A DNA stretch of 64,000 nt from Blepharisma stoltei ATCC 30299 (lineage: Eukaryota; Protista; Ciliophora): contig CBFDEM010000014.1 in NCBI GenBank assembly GCA_965603825.1, positions 1 through 64,000 of the forward strand, in the 5' to 3' direction. The notes beneath the pieces were generated by a model. That model made no database searches. It worked only from the letters and a program-made list of their open reading frames with translations, and was not told the origin of the DNA. The stretch's first letter is position 1, and each line of letters starts with the position of its first letter. Positions 24,860-36,443 of this stretch are shown here, in pieces. Both the position numbers and the translations under genes were made by a program.

Positions 24860-25159
24860 ATGCTATCAACATTTCAGCCAACACCAGATACAGAGGGTAA
24901 TGGATACACCGTTTTAGTCCATAATATAACCGCACAAAGAGACTATTTAAATTTATCACCCGAAGAATTAAGATATAAACAAGTTGGAAACAGAATTTTT
25001 GCAAATAAGCCTCAATTTCAAGCTCCACAAGTACATACTTTCTGGAATTTCCCAGTTTTTCGGCAACCTGAAATCAATAATTTGAGATTCATTCCACAAG
25101 CGACTGGAACAGCAATAAGAAGACCACGCTTTTCTTATAATTGGACTTGCCTAAAATAA
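24860..25159 (+). CDS. 99-aa protein with a Nup98 GLEBS-like motif
   Basis: FQPTPDT..HNITAQRDYLNLSPEELR resembles the Nup98 Gle2-binding segment (FNPPTGTD..QCITAMKEYESKSLEELR). Confidence 0.6.
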   Translation: MLSTFQPTPDTEGNGYTVLVHNITAQRDYLNLSPEELRYKQVGNRIFANKPQFQAPQVHTFWNFPVFRQPEINNLRFIPQATGTAIRRPRFSYNWTCLK

Positions 25160-25420
25160 TTTATTAATCTCTATTTAGAAATTTTATTTATAAAATTCCC
25201 GAAATTTGAAATAAAGTCTTATACAATTTAGTAAAAGTGCATCATTATTTTAACCTTGCTGAACGCAGTTTTCAAGGAGTTAAAGCTTCTCTTGAGATAT
25301 AGCCTTATTAATATATAAGCAAGAATTTTAAAGAAAGAGATCAAGCTTTTTCATATCTTTCAGCAATTTTATTGCTTATTATATCATAGTTAATGCTCTT
25401 AGTTTTCTTAATGAGAAGTA

Positions 25421-25594
25421 TTAAGATTTATTAAGCCATGGGCAGCTGCAATCTTTACGAGTAACAGGGAGCCAAGATTTAGTTTCCACTGATGTCACTC
25501 CTCCTGTATAGGTTTTAGGTGGCATGAACCACAAACTTCCAACGAGTGCTAGAAGCCAAAACTGGACGTCTTTCCTTGTTCTAATTGGTCTCAT
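25421..25594 (-). CDS. Putative 57-aa microprotein (MRPIRTRKDVQFWLLALVGSLWF...)
   Basis: GC-enriched island in AT-rich spacer; ATATAAAAATG start context like neighbouring genes; one hydrophobic segment. Confidence 0.5.
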   Translation of the reverse strand: MRPIRTRKDVQFWLLALVGSLWFMPPKTYTGGVTSVETKSWLPVTRKDCSCPWLNKS

Positions 25595-25894
25595 TTTTAT
25601 ATTTATTACGATTTGCCGAATTATTGAATGGAAATAAGATATGCAATTGGAAAATTTAGGATTTAGAAAATCCTTATCTCTTAGGACTAGGTGCATTTCA
25701 GGATATTGAATATACCAGCTTTCGTGTAAAACCAGCACTTAAAAGATTTTCATATTAAAGAATCAAAACAATAAAGAAATCTCTTCTTGAATAGCCAATT
25801 CGCTCATCAAAATTACAGGATTTTTAAGTTTTAGTTTATTATCCTCAACTAATTATAGCTTCCCTACAAAACATCAAATATAAATCTCTATTTA

Positions 25895-28193
25895 CTAAGT
25901 GTTAACATTATTTACTGGTTCGACATCTAAAAGCTTTGGATGAAGGTATCGATAGTATTCACTTGGAATATTCATCATGAATTTGTATAAGAAAGTTGAC
26001 CGATCTCTTTTATTCGGATCCATCATTCGTTCTCCTTTTGTGCTTTTAAGTTTCAGAGTGAATTCAACAGCTCTCATCGCATCGAAAAGGCTTAAAGGGG
26101 TTGGGTATTCTTGGAAAAGGCTTGGCTCAGCTGCAAGTTTTAAGCGCGTTCTTATAGTTTCAATGATCTTTTTCTGCAGATTTGGGTTAGTGACAATATC
26201 ACTTGGCCATAGCTCAGTCGATTTCACAGAGAGGCTTTTCAGATGCTGAGAGTACAAGCTTTTTAGGACTTCTTTGCATACTTTTGTATTATGATCTAAA
26301 CGTCTTTTGCTGCTTTTTCTTCCCTTATAAAATCTATGACACCCCGCAGTTAAAATTACAAGTCTCATAGGGACTGTATAGAAAATATAAATTCCAATAA
26401 TCAGCCCAATACAAAAATACAAGCTCTTCAATGGGTCTCCCCACAAGAAAATTTGCCTTGTTTTTTCTGCTCAGATTGATATTTTAATCAGAAGATTTTG
26501 GATATCGACAGCGTCTTCTTTGAACTTTTTTCACCTGTCCATGACTCCTTCATTGGTTTTTTCTTTTAAAATGGTAAACTTGCTCTTATTTTCGTGGTCT
26601 TTTTGCTTTATTGTTTTCATGCTTGGAATTGGCTTCGTCCTCAGCTCATCTGTAAAGAAAAAACTGCTGACCCAATTGATAATTCCTTCAGATCTTGGGT
26701 TTAAGGACAAGCAAAACATCAATAAAATAAAAAGTGCCAAAGGAACGACATATTGTGCAGGCAAAAATGCCGCTAATAAAATAAACAAAATTAAGCACAC
26801 CATTGAGAATCTTGGGTAAGTCCATAAAAACACTTTATAAATAGTCTTCAAGAACCGTATATAAAGGATCCTTACTCTTTTAAGTCTTTTAGACGCAATT
26901 TTCAGTTCTCTCATAGTAGCGATTTCTGGGATTTCAGTGTCTTCGAAAAAATGTGAAGGAGGCGGCATAAACATAGACATAAATGAAGCTTCATGGACTA
27001 GTTCTACAGTGATAAACGAAGGTCCTTCATCAGCGCTTTTCTTTCTCTTGCTGTCACTTTTGTTCAAAAATAGCTTCACAGGGCCATTAGAAAATGGAAA
27101 TAATGAGATATCATTGATTGTGATGCTAAATTCCTCGAGGACTTCTTCTTTTGCATGCTGCTTGAGCCATGCATCAGACGAGTAATAGCAGATTGATAAA
27201 TTCAATATGAAAAACCTATTCATCACTGGCCTAAAATAAGCTTTACATCACAAACAATTGGTTCCAATCAATTAAGTCTTCTTGAGGTAGCACTGATGTT
27301 TGGAAAGAAAACGGATACAGCTCGACCTTTACGAAAAACTGAGTTTTGCCAGAGCTTGAAGGCTTTAATGGTTTAAGAAAATCCCCTGTCTTTATTTTCA
27401 CAATAATTCTCCCTGCACAAATAATCCTATAAGACGCAAGAGGTGAGTCTTGTTTTGCTGTTGCTGCAATCACTAGAGCCTTGCTTCATTTCTGTATATT
27501 TTGGCTGTTTTTTCCTCTGATAAGTATCGGGAATTTTTGGTAGTCATGATTAATTTCCAAAATATTATTATCCTTAGTCACTATATTTGCCCCAAAGCAG
27601 CTTATCACATGTGTAAAATTGCTTTCATTGTCGTCAGGAGACAAATATAAATTTGAGTATGCTAGCGACGCATAATGTCTTTGTCAGTCTTCTGGGCCGA
27701 ATTTTATGTCAACAAAGCCTGTTTCTGAGGACTGTATGACCTGTGAGGAGTCTACAAAAGACTCTCTGAGTTGCCTCGGAATTTTAGGCTCCTCAGGCTG
27801 TTTTTTGTCAACCCCTACGATTTCTAAAAATTCTGCTAAAATTTTCATCATAGTGTCTCTTGGAAGTGGAGGAAATTCTATACAAAGTTTGAGGATGCCG
27901 TTGAGGTAGCCATGAAAGAGTTTTTTGCGCTGCTCAATTCGGTTATAGATGCTGAACTTAGAAGGGAAGTCAGGCAGGTCCACGCGGGGAAAGGTGGCCT
28001 TTATAGAGTCGTTCAGCTCAGAAAATTGTGAAAATCTCCTATACACGACATGCTCAAGATGGTCGACGGAAAGCACAATGAGATATTGAGTGTAGCCTTC
28101 TTCTGCATGTTTTTCAGCTGATTCTACAGAGATGATCATATTGGCAGGATTTGAGCTTAGAAACTTGTCTATTATGATTTCTCGTTTTTGCAT
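25895..28193 (-). CDS. PX - PH-like - C2 - transmembrane (MCTP/PRT_C-like) protein; intron 27231-27246; four TGA=Trp
   Basis: PX (VYRRFSQFSEL, LPDFPSK, IEQRKK); PH-like helix IQK(W)SKAL; C2-like strands (DWNQLFVMPV); FLWTYPRFSM and FLWGDPLKS hairpin motifs. Confidence 0.8.
27231..27246 (-). other. 16-nt intron GTAAAGCTTATTTTAG
   Basis: Its removal joins two out-of-frame ORFs (LFVM-PVMNR). Confidence 0.85.
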
Positions 28194-28244
28194 TTATATG
28201 CATCTGCAAATAGGCGTTAAGGGTCTTAATATTAAATAAGATAG

Positions 28245-28532
28245 CTAATTATTAAAGCTAATGCTAATGATATCTAGCATCTCTTTGTCATTTCTTCAAT
28301 AATATCTTTGGCATATTATGCATTGCTGCATGTTTTTGATTCTACAGATATCGCAGACTTTATGACCTGGGTATAAAATATTGAAATTATCGACTTCTTT
28401 ATTTGCTTTGCAAACATCACATTCAATTACATTGCTACGATCAGGCAGATTTGGTTTAATAAAACCATGCGAAGATATTTGGAATTGATTAGGATTCATA
28501 TTTGGCTGCTGTTGAGAAAAATTAATATCCAT
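28245..28532 (-). pseudogene. Tandem duplicate of the 3' RING-like end of the upstream gene (95-aa ORF, possibly expressed)
   Basis: CDVCKANKEVDNF..HKVCDICRIKNMQQCIICQRYY..ISFNN* matches CAVCFAYKDVDEF..HQVCNICRIKSMEQCKICQRFY..ISFNN*; the 3' flank is also duplicated. Confidence 0.7.
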
Positions 28533-28570
28533 TTTGGAGGCATTAATAGTCTTAATATTAAACAAAATAG

Positions 28571-30937
28571 CTAATTATTAAAGCTAATTCTGATAATCTC
28601 TAGGGTCTCTTGGTCATTTTTTGAATAAAATCTTTGGCATATTTTGCATTGCTCCATGCTTTTAATTCTACAGATATTGCAGACTTGATGGTTGGGGCAT
28701 GTAATAGAGAATTCATCGACGTCTTTATATGCAAAGCAAACAGCACATTTAATATCATTTCTACGCTGAGGTGGATTTGGTGTAGGGTTAATTACTGAAG
28801 GTATTTGGACTAGATCAGGATCCATGTGTAGCTGCTTTTGAGAGAAATCAATATCAACTCTTTGGGGTAAAGCATCTTGTAATGGGTTTGGTTGCAATTG
28901 AGAGGGCTGGGGGATTATTTTTTGGGGTGGGTGTGGTGGGGAATTCAATTGTAAAGGGTTTTGGGATGGATCAGGATCCATATGTGGCTGCTTTTGAGAG
29001 AATTCAAGATCCATTTTTGGAGGTAAAACATCTTGTAATGGGTTTGGTTGCAATTGAGAAGGCTTGGGGATTATTTTTTGTTGTAGGTATGGTGGAGAAT
29101 TGGACAGCTCAAGGAAATTTTTTTGTGATGGCTGAGAATCATCATATTTTGACTGGACTTCGTGGTCTCCTGATAATTGCTGATCATTTGCTAAGTTTAT
29201 AATTTTTACAGACTGATTATTTCCAACAGGAAAGGATTGAAGTACTGGCCCTGGCCTAAAAATATTTTCCTGATTTATTGCAAAAATATCTACCTTTCTA
29301 GGCTGTTCTGGCATTAAAGGAGCTTTTGAAGAGGTTTTAATAAGCTCCTGAGCTCTTTCACTCTTTTCCTCAGCTTGTACTACCATCTCTGCTTCTATTC
29401 CATCTTTATTTATCTGGCCTTGTTCGCTTAATAGTTTATTAATATCAGTCATATTTTTCGGGCTGATTTTTTTCCCATGGCTGCATACAGATTTATGTCT
29501 ATCTCTTTCATAAATTTCCTTCAAGCAATAAGCACAGTGCTCTAATTGACATAAAGGAGTAAAATTTACTTTGAGATGGCCACAACTTGATTCTTTTTTG
29601 GCAGGCAGTATAGGTGGTGGCTGGGCTGCCGGTTTCCACTTGCTTGCGGTTTCTTTTAGCCTTGCTATATCTCCTTTGTCAGCTGAAGGGTTTATAGCTG
29701 TATAGTCAGATAAAAGCTTGACAAGCAGATCACTACACTTGTTAGGGCAATTAAGTAGAATGGTAGAAGCCATTTCTGATATCAATTGATTAGAAATCTC
29801 AATTGCAGGAGAAAGATCTGGTTTGGGATTTTCTTCTATCACTGAATAATATATAGACCCTTGTTTGGCTTCTTCTAATTCTGGAGCATTTTCTGGAGAT
29901 GAAGGCTCTTGGCTAACTTTCTTGGGCTCTGGGACATTTATTGGAGAAGACTCTTTGGGCACTGGGAGTGCCTCTTGCTTACTTTCTTTATGAATTTGGG
30001 TATTCTTTGGCTTTATGGCTGCAATTTTCTTGGATCCTCCAGAAGTCTTAGCTTTTTGCAACGTTTTAGTCGGAGGCCTTTCCTTGATTTCTTCAGGTAT
30101 TGTAGCATTTTGCTGTCTTATATCTTGTTCTTGATATGATCTTTCAACAAATTGAGGCTGCGCTATAATTGGAGAAGGCTCTAGACTCGTCGTTGGGATT
30201 ATTGGAGTGCCGCTAACCAATGGCCTCCCAACTCTCACAGGTTCTGATCTTGGGTCATACACAAATGGGAACCTATCCAAATCTCCAATCCCTGCATTTC
30301 CAGCAGCAAGCAGCTCATATTCTTGATGATAAAGCACACTTCACGAATAATCTCTTTCCATATAAAGCGTGACCAATGGACTTTTGTTTTTATCACTTCT
30401 TGACACATAAGTATGCTCTGTCTCATTAACAATTAAGAAATTCACCTCCAGCTTGTTGCAAAAATGCTCCAAGTAATTTCTGTTTTCCATGAAGTTGAAC
30501 GGCTGAGTCAAAATTTCATCAAACTTGTAGTCCTTATCGGTGACGACACAGATAAGTAGTCTCATACTTGCGTCAAGGGCATCACAAGCACCTAAGTGAT
30601 TTCGTTCTGCGTACAGTCTAAGAAGCTGTAATGGTTTAAACTTTGGATTATTAAAAGATTCAATGATTTTATCGAACTGGGTTCAGTAATTGCTATAATT
30701 AGGTCTTTTCTTTACCAGTTCATCTGTTTCTTTTTTGTAATTCCCAAGAGCTATTCAAGATGACCTGTAGACTTCGACGTCTTTTACTCGAAGAAGAGAC
30801 TCAAGGTAAGCAATACAAATAGCTAAATAGGAAGACTTTATGGGAGGATCAATTCTGCTTTTTCACTTAAAATTGGCTAGTTCTCCATGTAAAATAATTG
30901 GTTCTTTTGGTAAAAGAATAAACTTGGGTTCTACCAT
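28571..30937 (-). CDS. Otubain-like (apparently inactive) N-domain + P/Q-rich region + RING-like zinc fingers; four TGA=Trp
   Basis: Single frame from MVEPKF (30937) through TGAs into ORFs 30341-30565 and 28571-30337; Cys/His clusters. Confidence 0.75.
28800..29085 (-). repeat. Two-copy 156-bp (52-aa) coding tandem repeat
   Basis: QKIIPKPSQLQPNPLQDVLP..FSQKQPHMDPD vs QKIIPQPSQLQPNPLQDALP..FSQKQLHMDPD, offset 156 nt. Confidence 0.9.
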
Positions 30938-31177
30938 AATTGATTTGTAGAATCATAATTAGCTTAAAAATTTTATAAAAGAAAAAAGCTTGTGAGCTTA
31001 AACCGATATAGAGTTGCATAAAAATTATGTTGGCCATCTTTTTGCAATGAAAAAGCTTCTAGGAGTCTCATATTAAGAAATAATTCTTTAAATTAAGCAC
31101 AAAAGTAATTTAAGGCATGACTAAGCACAGCCTTAAGCATCACAATAATAATCCAAAAGAAAATCATTAAATTAAAA

Positions 31178-32128
31178 TTAAAATTCAATAAATAAATTTG
31201 GCTCAGAAACAGTCTCTGAAGGGTCAATAAATTCACATCAAGATTGTATCACTTGCAGCTGAGTTGAGTTCGGCACTATTAAAGGAGGAGACGTCCTCAG
31301 AAACTGATGGTCTAGTACTTCATTTGAGCTGTTATGTCCTAATCTCTGACTGGAATCTGGGTTCAATAATTTCCTAATGAAATCACAAGCAATCTCAGGT
31401 ATTTCCGCCATATCAACATAATCCAGTCCTCTCAAAATATGAGCAAATAAGTCTTCGCCATACAGTCCAAAGGGCGGGCTGCTTTTCAAAAGTTCATAAG
31501 TCAAGATCCCAAGTGCCCATCAGTCTATTTCATAGCTGTAGCCTATTGGCTCAGTCCCATCAATTAAATGTTTAAACATTTCAGGACTCATTGCATGCTT
31601 GGTTCCAGTGACTGTATACGCCCTATATAAATTTTACTTTTCGTTTTCAATCTTTTTGCATAATCCAAGGTCCACAAAGACGACTTTTCCTGTGTCGTCC
31701 AATAAAACGTTTGATAATTTTAAGTCGCGGTAGATGTATCCTTCAGTATGGATGTAGGACAAAGTTGAGGCAATTTGTAAAGCAATTGATTGGACTTGCT
31801 CAAGAGGAAATCTTCGCTGCTGCTTTAATATGTGGCTTAACGGTGCACCTTTTGCAAGTTCTAAGAGAAAATAAATGTTTGTGTGGTCTTTAAAAGTAGT
31901 TATGAGCTTAATAATATTTGGGTGTTTGAGACTGCTTAATGCAAGTTTTTCTTCAAATAGGTGTCTGACTTCAGCTTCGCAAAGACCTGCTTTAGGGACT
32001 TCTTTTAGAGCATAAAAGTTGTGCCTGTGCTCTACAAGCCAGACTCTTGACCGGTGGCCAAAATCTATAACGAGTTTCTTTTCTAATGATTCTAAGGTGA
32101 TTTCGCTTTCAGTCGAGTTTTTTATCAT
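31178..32128 (-). CDS. AGC-group Ser/Thr kinase (PKA/PKG-like, divergent); intron 31623-31637; TGA=Trp at 31520 and 31238
   Basis: YALKEV, YRDLKLSN, VDLG, TGTKHAMSPE, ID(W)WALG, RLG, C-terminal FIEF. Confidence 0.9.
31623..31637 (-). other. 15-nt intron GTAAAATTTATATAG
   Basis: Restores the activation loop EKAYTVTGT. Confidence 0.92.
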
Positions 32129-32151
32129 TATTATAATTTAATAGTAAAATC

Positions 32152-34143
32152 TTAATAAACGGTTCTGTCAATTGAAGACAAAATTTCTTCTAGTTTCTTG
32201 CATTCTTTTTGGGTCTGAGTGACCCCTTTTGCTACGTCTTCTTCAGTCAGTTGACTTGCCTTTCTCAAATTCGGAGAAAGTTTAAAGGAATAGACAGTCC
32301 CACGATCAGTTCCTACAAGAATAATAAACTGGGTAGGATTAAATGATATATGGTTGCATTTGCCATTTTTCACCCGCTTGTCGCATATCTCAGAAAGCCT
32401 TTCCTGAGCTAGGTCATACACATGGCACTTAGAATCAGCTGTTGTAGCAGCAAAAATAGTTGACGAATAAGGCGCCCACGCCACATCACCTACAGCAATT
32501 CCAAGGTCAAAAGTAAGGAGTGGTGCTTTAATGGTATGGTCCCATAATTTTACAGTCCAGTCCGCACTTGCAGATAAAAATATTTTTGGGTGGAATTTGT
32601 TCCACTTGACACTATAAACTGCCATAAAATGGGCGTCATATGTTTCTAAGTACTGTCCACTGAACGCTTTATTGCACTTGTGGATTTTCCCTTCTTCAGT
32701 CCCTACAATAAACAAATGTTCCTGGAACGGATTAAAATCAAAGCAAGTCCCTCCTGCCAGCCCACTTAGCGCGACCTCGTCTTCTTCTCCTTCTCTAGCT
32801 CCAGACACCAATTTCAGCTTAATTACTTCTTCAGCTTCCAGCTTATTCTTCATCAGTACCCAATTTGTGACTCTTCCGTCACTTGAAATAGAAAAAAAGC
32901 TGAGATTTTTCATTAAGTCTTCGTCTTGCCATTTCACTTGTCAGACTGGGTCGGTGTGTTTATTAGTCCTAACTGTACTTTGGTATATAGGCTTTTTATG
33001 CTTGGCACGGACATCGTAAACTAATACAGTTCCATCATATAAGCCGACTGCGAGTAGAGCAGGGTACTGAGGATGCCAGTCTAAGCACATAACTCCATGC
33101 TGGGTCGTAAAGAAATACTCAGGGTACCGAGTGTTTTTCAGTGAATAGCAGCAAATCAGCCCTGTAGCTTTTTTCATGAAGCTATATGAACCGTAACCTA
33201 CAGCGAACATATCGTGATAGCGGGGATTTCAAGCTAGCGCTGTCACTTCTTTTTTCTTTGTTTTTTCTGACCCAAAAATCCAAAGATCACTTAAAGATCC
33301 TTCACTTGTGCGGTGGTTGTCAGCGTTTCCATCAAAATATTTATAGATACTGTAGGTGTTCTGCAAATCATTCTGATTGACCATTCTTTCCATGATTTTT
33401 AATGCATAGCTCATCTCACTGGAATACATTGGGTCTTCTTTTCTCCCTCCCACTTTCTTCTTCGAGCTCTTTTTCGGCTCCTTCTCTTTTTCTTTCTCTA
33501 CATGCTCTTGCTGCCTCTTTTTATCAAGCTCAGCCATAAAATTATCATAAATATCCCACTGTGTCACAGTCCCTGAAAAACTCCTTGCTGGTGGTGGCTC
33601 TGTGCTGATACCTCTTTCTTTAGGAGGTATCGTAAAAGACTGAGAGGTCCTCTCTGCATAATTGAATTGATTCCTCAAAGATTTCAGCAGTGCTTCTTGG
33701 CTTAATTGTAAGCTTCCTCCAGTTTCTACTGAAGAAGCCTTGATCAAGTTTTCCGCCTCCACGTTTTTGGCATCAATAAATTCTTCCTGGTCTCTTGCCT
33801 CATTACTGTCTTTAAGCAAGAAATGCCCATCTAAGGAGAAATGTATGACCATTTGGTCTACCAAGTCGTCTCGTTTGAAGACTCTTTCTTTATAAGAAAA
33901 AAACGAAATGTTTTGGCTTGCCTGAGGGTTTGAAGGAGTTAGGATTCTTTCGACTTCAGATTCCAGCTCTTTTTCGCTTAAGCGCGGAGTGTCGTCGATT
34001 CCTTTTAGGCCTTGTGCGGCTTCACTGATAAGGTCGTCTTCTGGGATTGTGCTTTCTTCTTGTTTGGATTCGTCTCTTTGTCGGGCCATGGTTGGGTTTC
34101 TGAGGATATTCCTTCCTTTGGTACCTCTTCCTCTTCCACGCAT
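32152..34143 (-). CDS. DNAI1: Axonemal outer-arm dynein intermediate chain (IC78/DNAI1-like); TGA=Trp at 33229 and 32941
   Basis: LRNQFNYAER, KIMERMVNQN, VTALA(W)NP, FAVGYGSY, HTDPV(W)QVKW, VGTEEGKIH, ASADWTVKLW. Confidence 0.93.
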
Positions 34144-34209
34144 TTCAGTTACTTTAATAAATATGAGCTTACAGTTTAAGATTAATTGGATTTTTTATTA
34201 ATTTAACAG

Positions 34210-35040
34210 CTAAAATCGGTACATCTCGTCAGACCTCCCATCTATGTAAAAAGTACAGTTTCGCACGTCGACACTCCGAGTCCCTGTTCCGAAAGAGACT
34301 GATTTGGACTTGTTGTGGAGGTCAGGTTCAGCGAAATAAGTCCCAGGACCTGGCAATTCGCGCTTTACTAAATATTAGTTACTTTCGTAGGCTTCTCTGC
34401 CTACTTTTGACATGTAGGTGTTTTTTAAAATTTTGGTATCGCTTACGTTGTATTTAGGTCCAGGACTTATCCGTCCTTTTAAGTATCTTTCGTAATTTCT
34501 TGCGTAAACCTTATCGGGTGAATATGTTCCTTTTATAGTAGCATAAGAGTCATGAGATCTTAGTATTGGGGAATAAGCATTTGGAGCTGGAGTTGCGGAT
34601 GGTGTAATATCTCTTGGAGCTCTTGAAAAAGAGCTTCCAATGTGGGTATCTTGATTTATAGAGGTTTTATACCTGTAGATTGGCCCAGGAGATCTGTCTC
34701 TATAAGAGTCAATAAACTGCAAATCCCTTTGCTTTCCTGAGCCAAATTTAACTGAAACTTCACCTTTTTCTGTTAGCGATACATTTGGGCTATAAGCATT
34801 GAGAGGAGGTGAATGGGCTCCATAAAACTCTTTGCTGAGGGATCGAGAATAGTAGACTTTACTGCCTTTTTCTGCTTTTGGAATTGTTGGGAGAGGGGAA
34901 TTTCTGTATCTGTAAGACTGTGATCCAATGGTGTTTGGTATATTGTGACTTCCTGGGCCCGCATCTTCATTGACTCCATATGACCAGCTTCATTTAGAAG
35001 GTGCAGAAATCAAACTTTGAGTAGAATGAGAGTTATCCAT
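34210..35040 (-). CDS. SHIPPO/ODF3-like PGP-repeat ciliary protein; intron 34368-34382; one TGA=Trp
   Basis: Repeated GPGSH, SPGPIY, PAPNAY, SPGPKY and PGPGTY motifs. Confidence 0.82.
34368..34382 (-). other. 15-nt intron GTAACTAATATTTAG
   Basis: Removes TAA; the frame continues into ELPGPGTY. Confidence 0.88.
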
Positions 35041-35125
35041 TTAAAGTAAATTAACTTATAATTCAATCCCATATTAATTAAAATTATATGGCCTTTTCTT
35101 GAAAAATTATAAGCCATGACTGAAT

Positions 35126-35968
35126 TTACATGATATCGCAGTTGCAAGATTCTGAAGGCTCATCTTTTATCTTTCTTGAGTTATATCCTACTAATACACT
35201 TTTCTGGTAATTTATGACGCTTTCAAAAATACTTCTGCTTTGGTCTTGTCCAATGCTACCAATTATGTACTCTGAAAATCTTCTTTTTATGGCTCTTTTG
35301 CATTTTCCACATAGAAATTCTCTCAATTTGATATAAGGCACTAATTCTTTGGTTTCGGCCATCAAGACATTCAGCCTATTTAGCAGCATATCTTTCCCAC
35401 ACTCTAGGTTCATTCTGTTTTTATTAAGAATTTCTATTTCTCCTTCTGTTTCTAATAACTTATTCTTCATAGCATTTTTTGTCCTTTCAGCGTCACGGAA
35501 AACTGTTTCTAGTTGCGTGAGTTCATTTTGAATTGACTCATTATACTTAATTTCTGACTCAATCCTTCTATTAATATTTTCACATTTGTTTTCAAACGGT
35601 TTTTCTATATTTTGCAGCTGCTTTTCTAGCTTTTGGATTTTTGAAGTTTTTTCTTTGATGTCATGTTTTAGTTCTTTCCTTTGCTTTGCAATGTCTATTA
35701 AATCTGTGTTGTATATGGCAATTTGTTTATTTTTCTCTATAATTAAATTTGTTTTTATTTCTTCGTACATACAATTATAGCACACAATTAGGCCGCTTCT
35801 GTTTATTCTTGAATGATATTTACAGGTTGGTTTTGAGCAAGAAGCACAGATTTTGGTTTTGGCTTTTTCAAGAGGCTTGGAACAGAGGTGGCATGATTTC
35901 TCCAATGATGCATCATTGGAGCTTGAAAGAGAACTAGTAAATTTTCGGCTTTGAAAGGCAGTCACCAT
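35126..35968 (-). CDS. FYVE-like zinc finger + coiled coil with C-terminal CaaX (CDIM)
   Basis: CHLC..CASC..C..H..VCYNC; heptad region; ends SCNCDIM. Confidence 0.75.
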   Translation of the reverse strand: MVTAFQSRKFTSSLSSSNDASLEKSCHLCSKPLEKAKTKICASCSKPTCKYHSRINRSGLIVCYNCMYEEIKTNLIIEKNKQIAIYNTDLIDIAKQRKELKHDIKEKTSKIQKLEKQLQNIEKPFENKCENINRRIESEIKYNESIQNELTQLETVFRDAERTKNAMKNKLLETEGEIEILNKNRMNLECGKDMLLNRLNVLMAETKELVPYIKLREFLCGKCKRAIKRRFSEYIIGSIGQDQSRSIFESVINYQKSVLVGYNSRKIKDEPSESCNCDIM

Positions 35969-36443
35969 GTATAAATATTAGACAAAAAAATTTTAAAATG
36001 GACTGCTTAAAAGCTTGATAAATTGCATATAGAATTTAGCGTGGCAATGAAATAGCATTATTATTTAGTAAAAAAAATAAAAGTGCACAGTTTTTATTAA
36101 TATCTATGGTAAAATTGACAATTGATATGTGATTCATTGGAAAATGGCAAAGCTCTTCTAATAGAATTTAAATAAATGTGCTTGGATAAATAGTCAACAA
36201 GACATACCTCCATTTGCACTTTGATCGGATATAAAGTCTATTGTAGTATTTTTTGATATAAAATATATTGGTTTTTATGACATGCTTTCTATCATGGCTC
36301 TGTGAATTGATAAATTCAGTTATCCTCAGCTCTTTTTTTGTATAATAATCAATTTATTAAGACCTTCTATTCTTCTGCCTAAACAATTGCTTCATTAATT
36401 TAAAATAAAGCTAGACCATTCCTCTCTAATAATTTTTTGAAAT

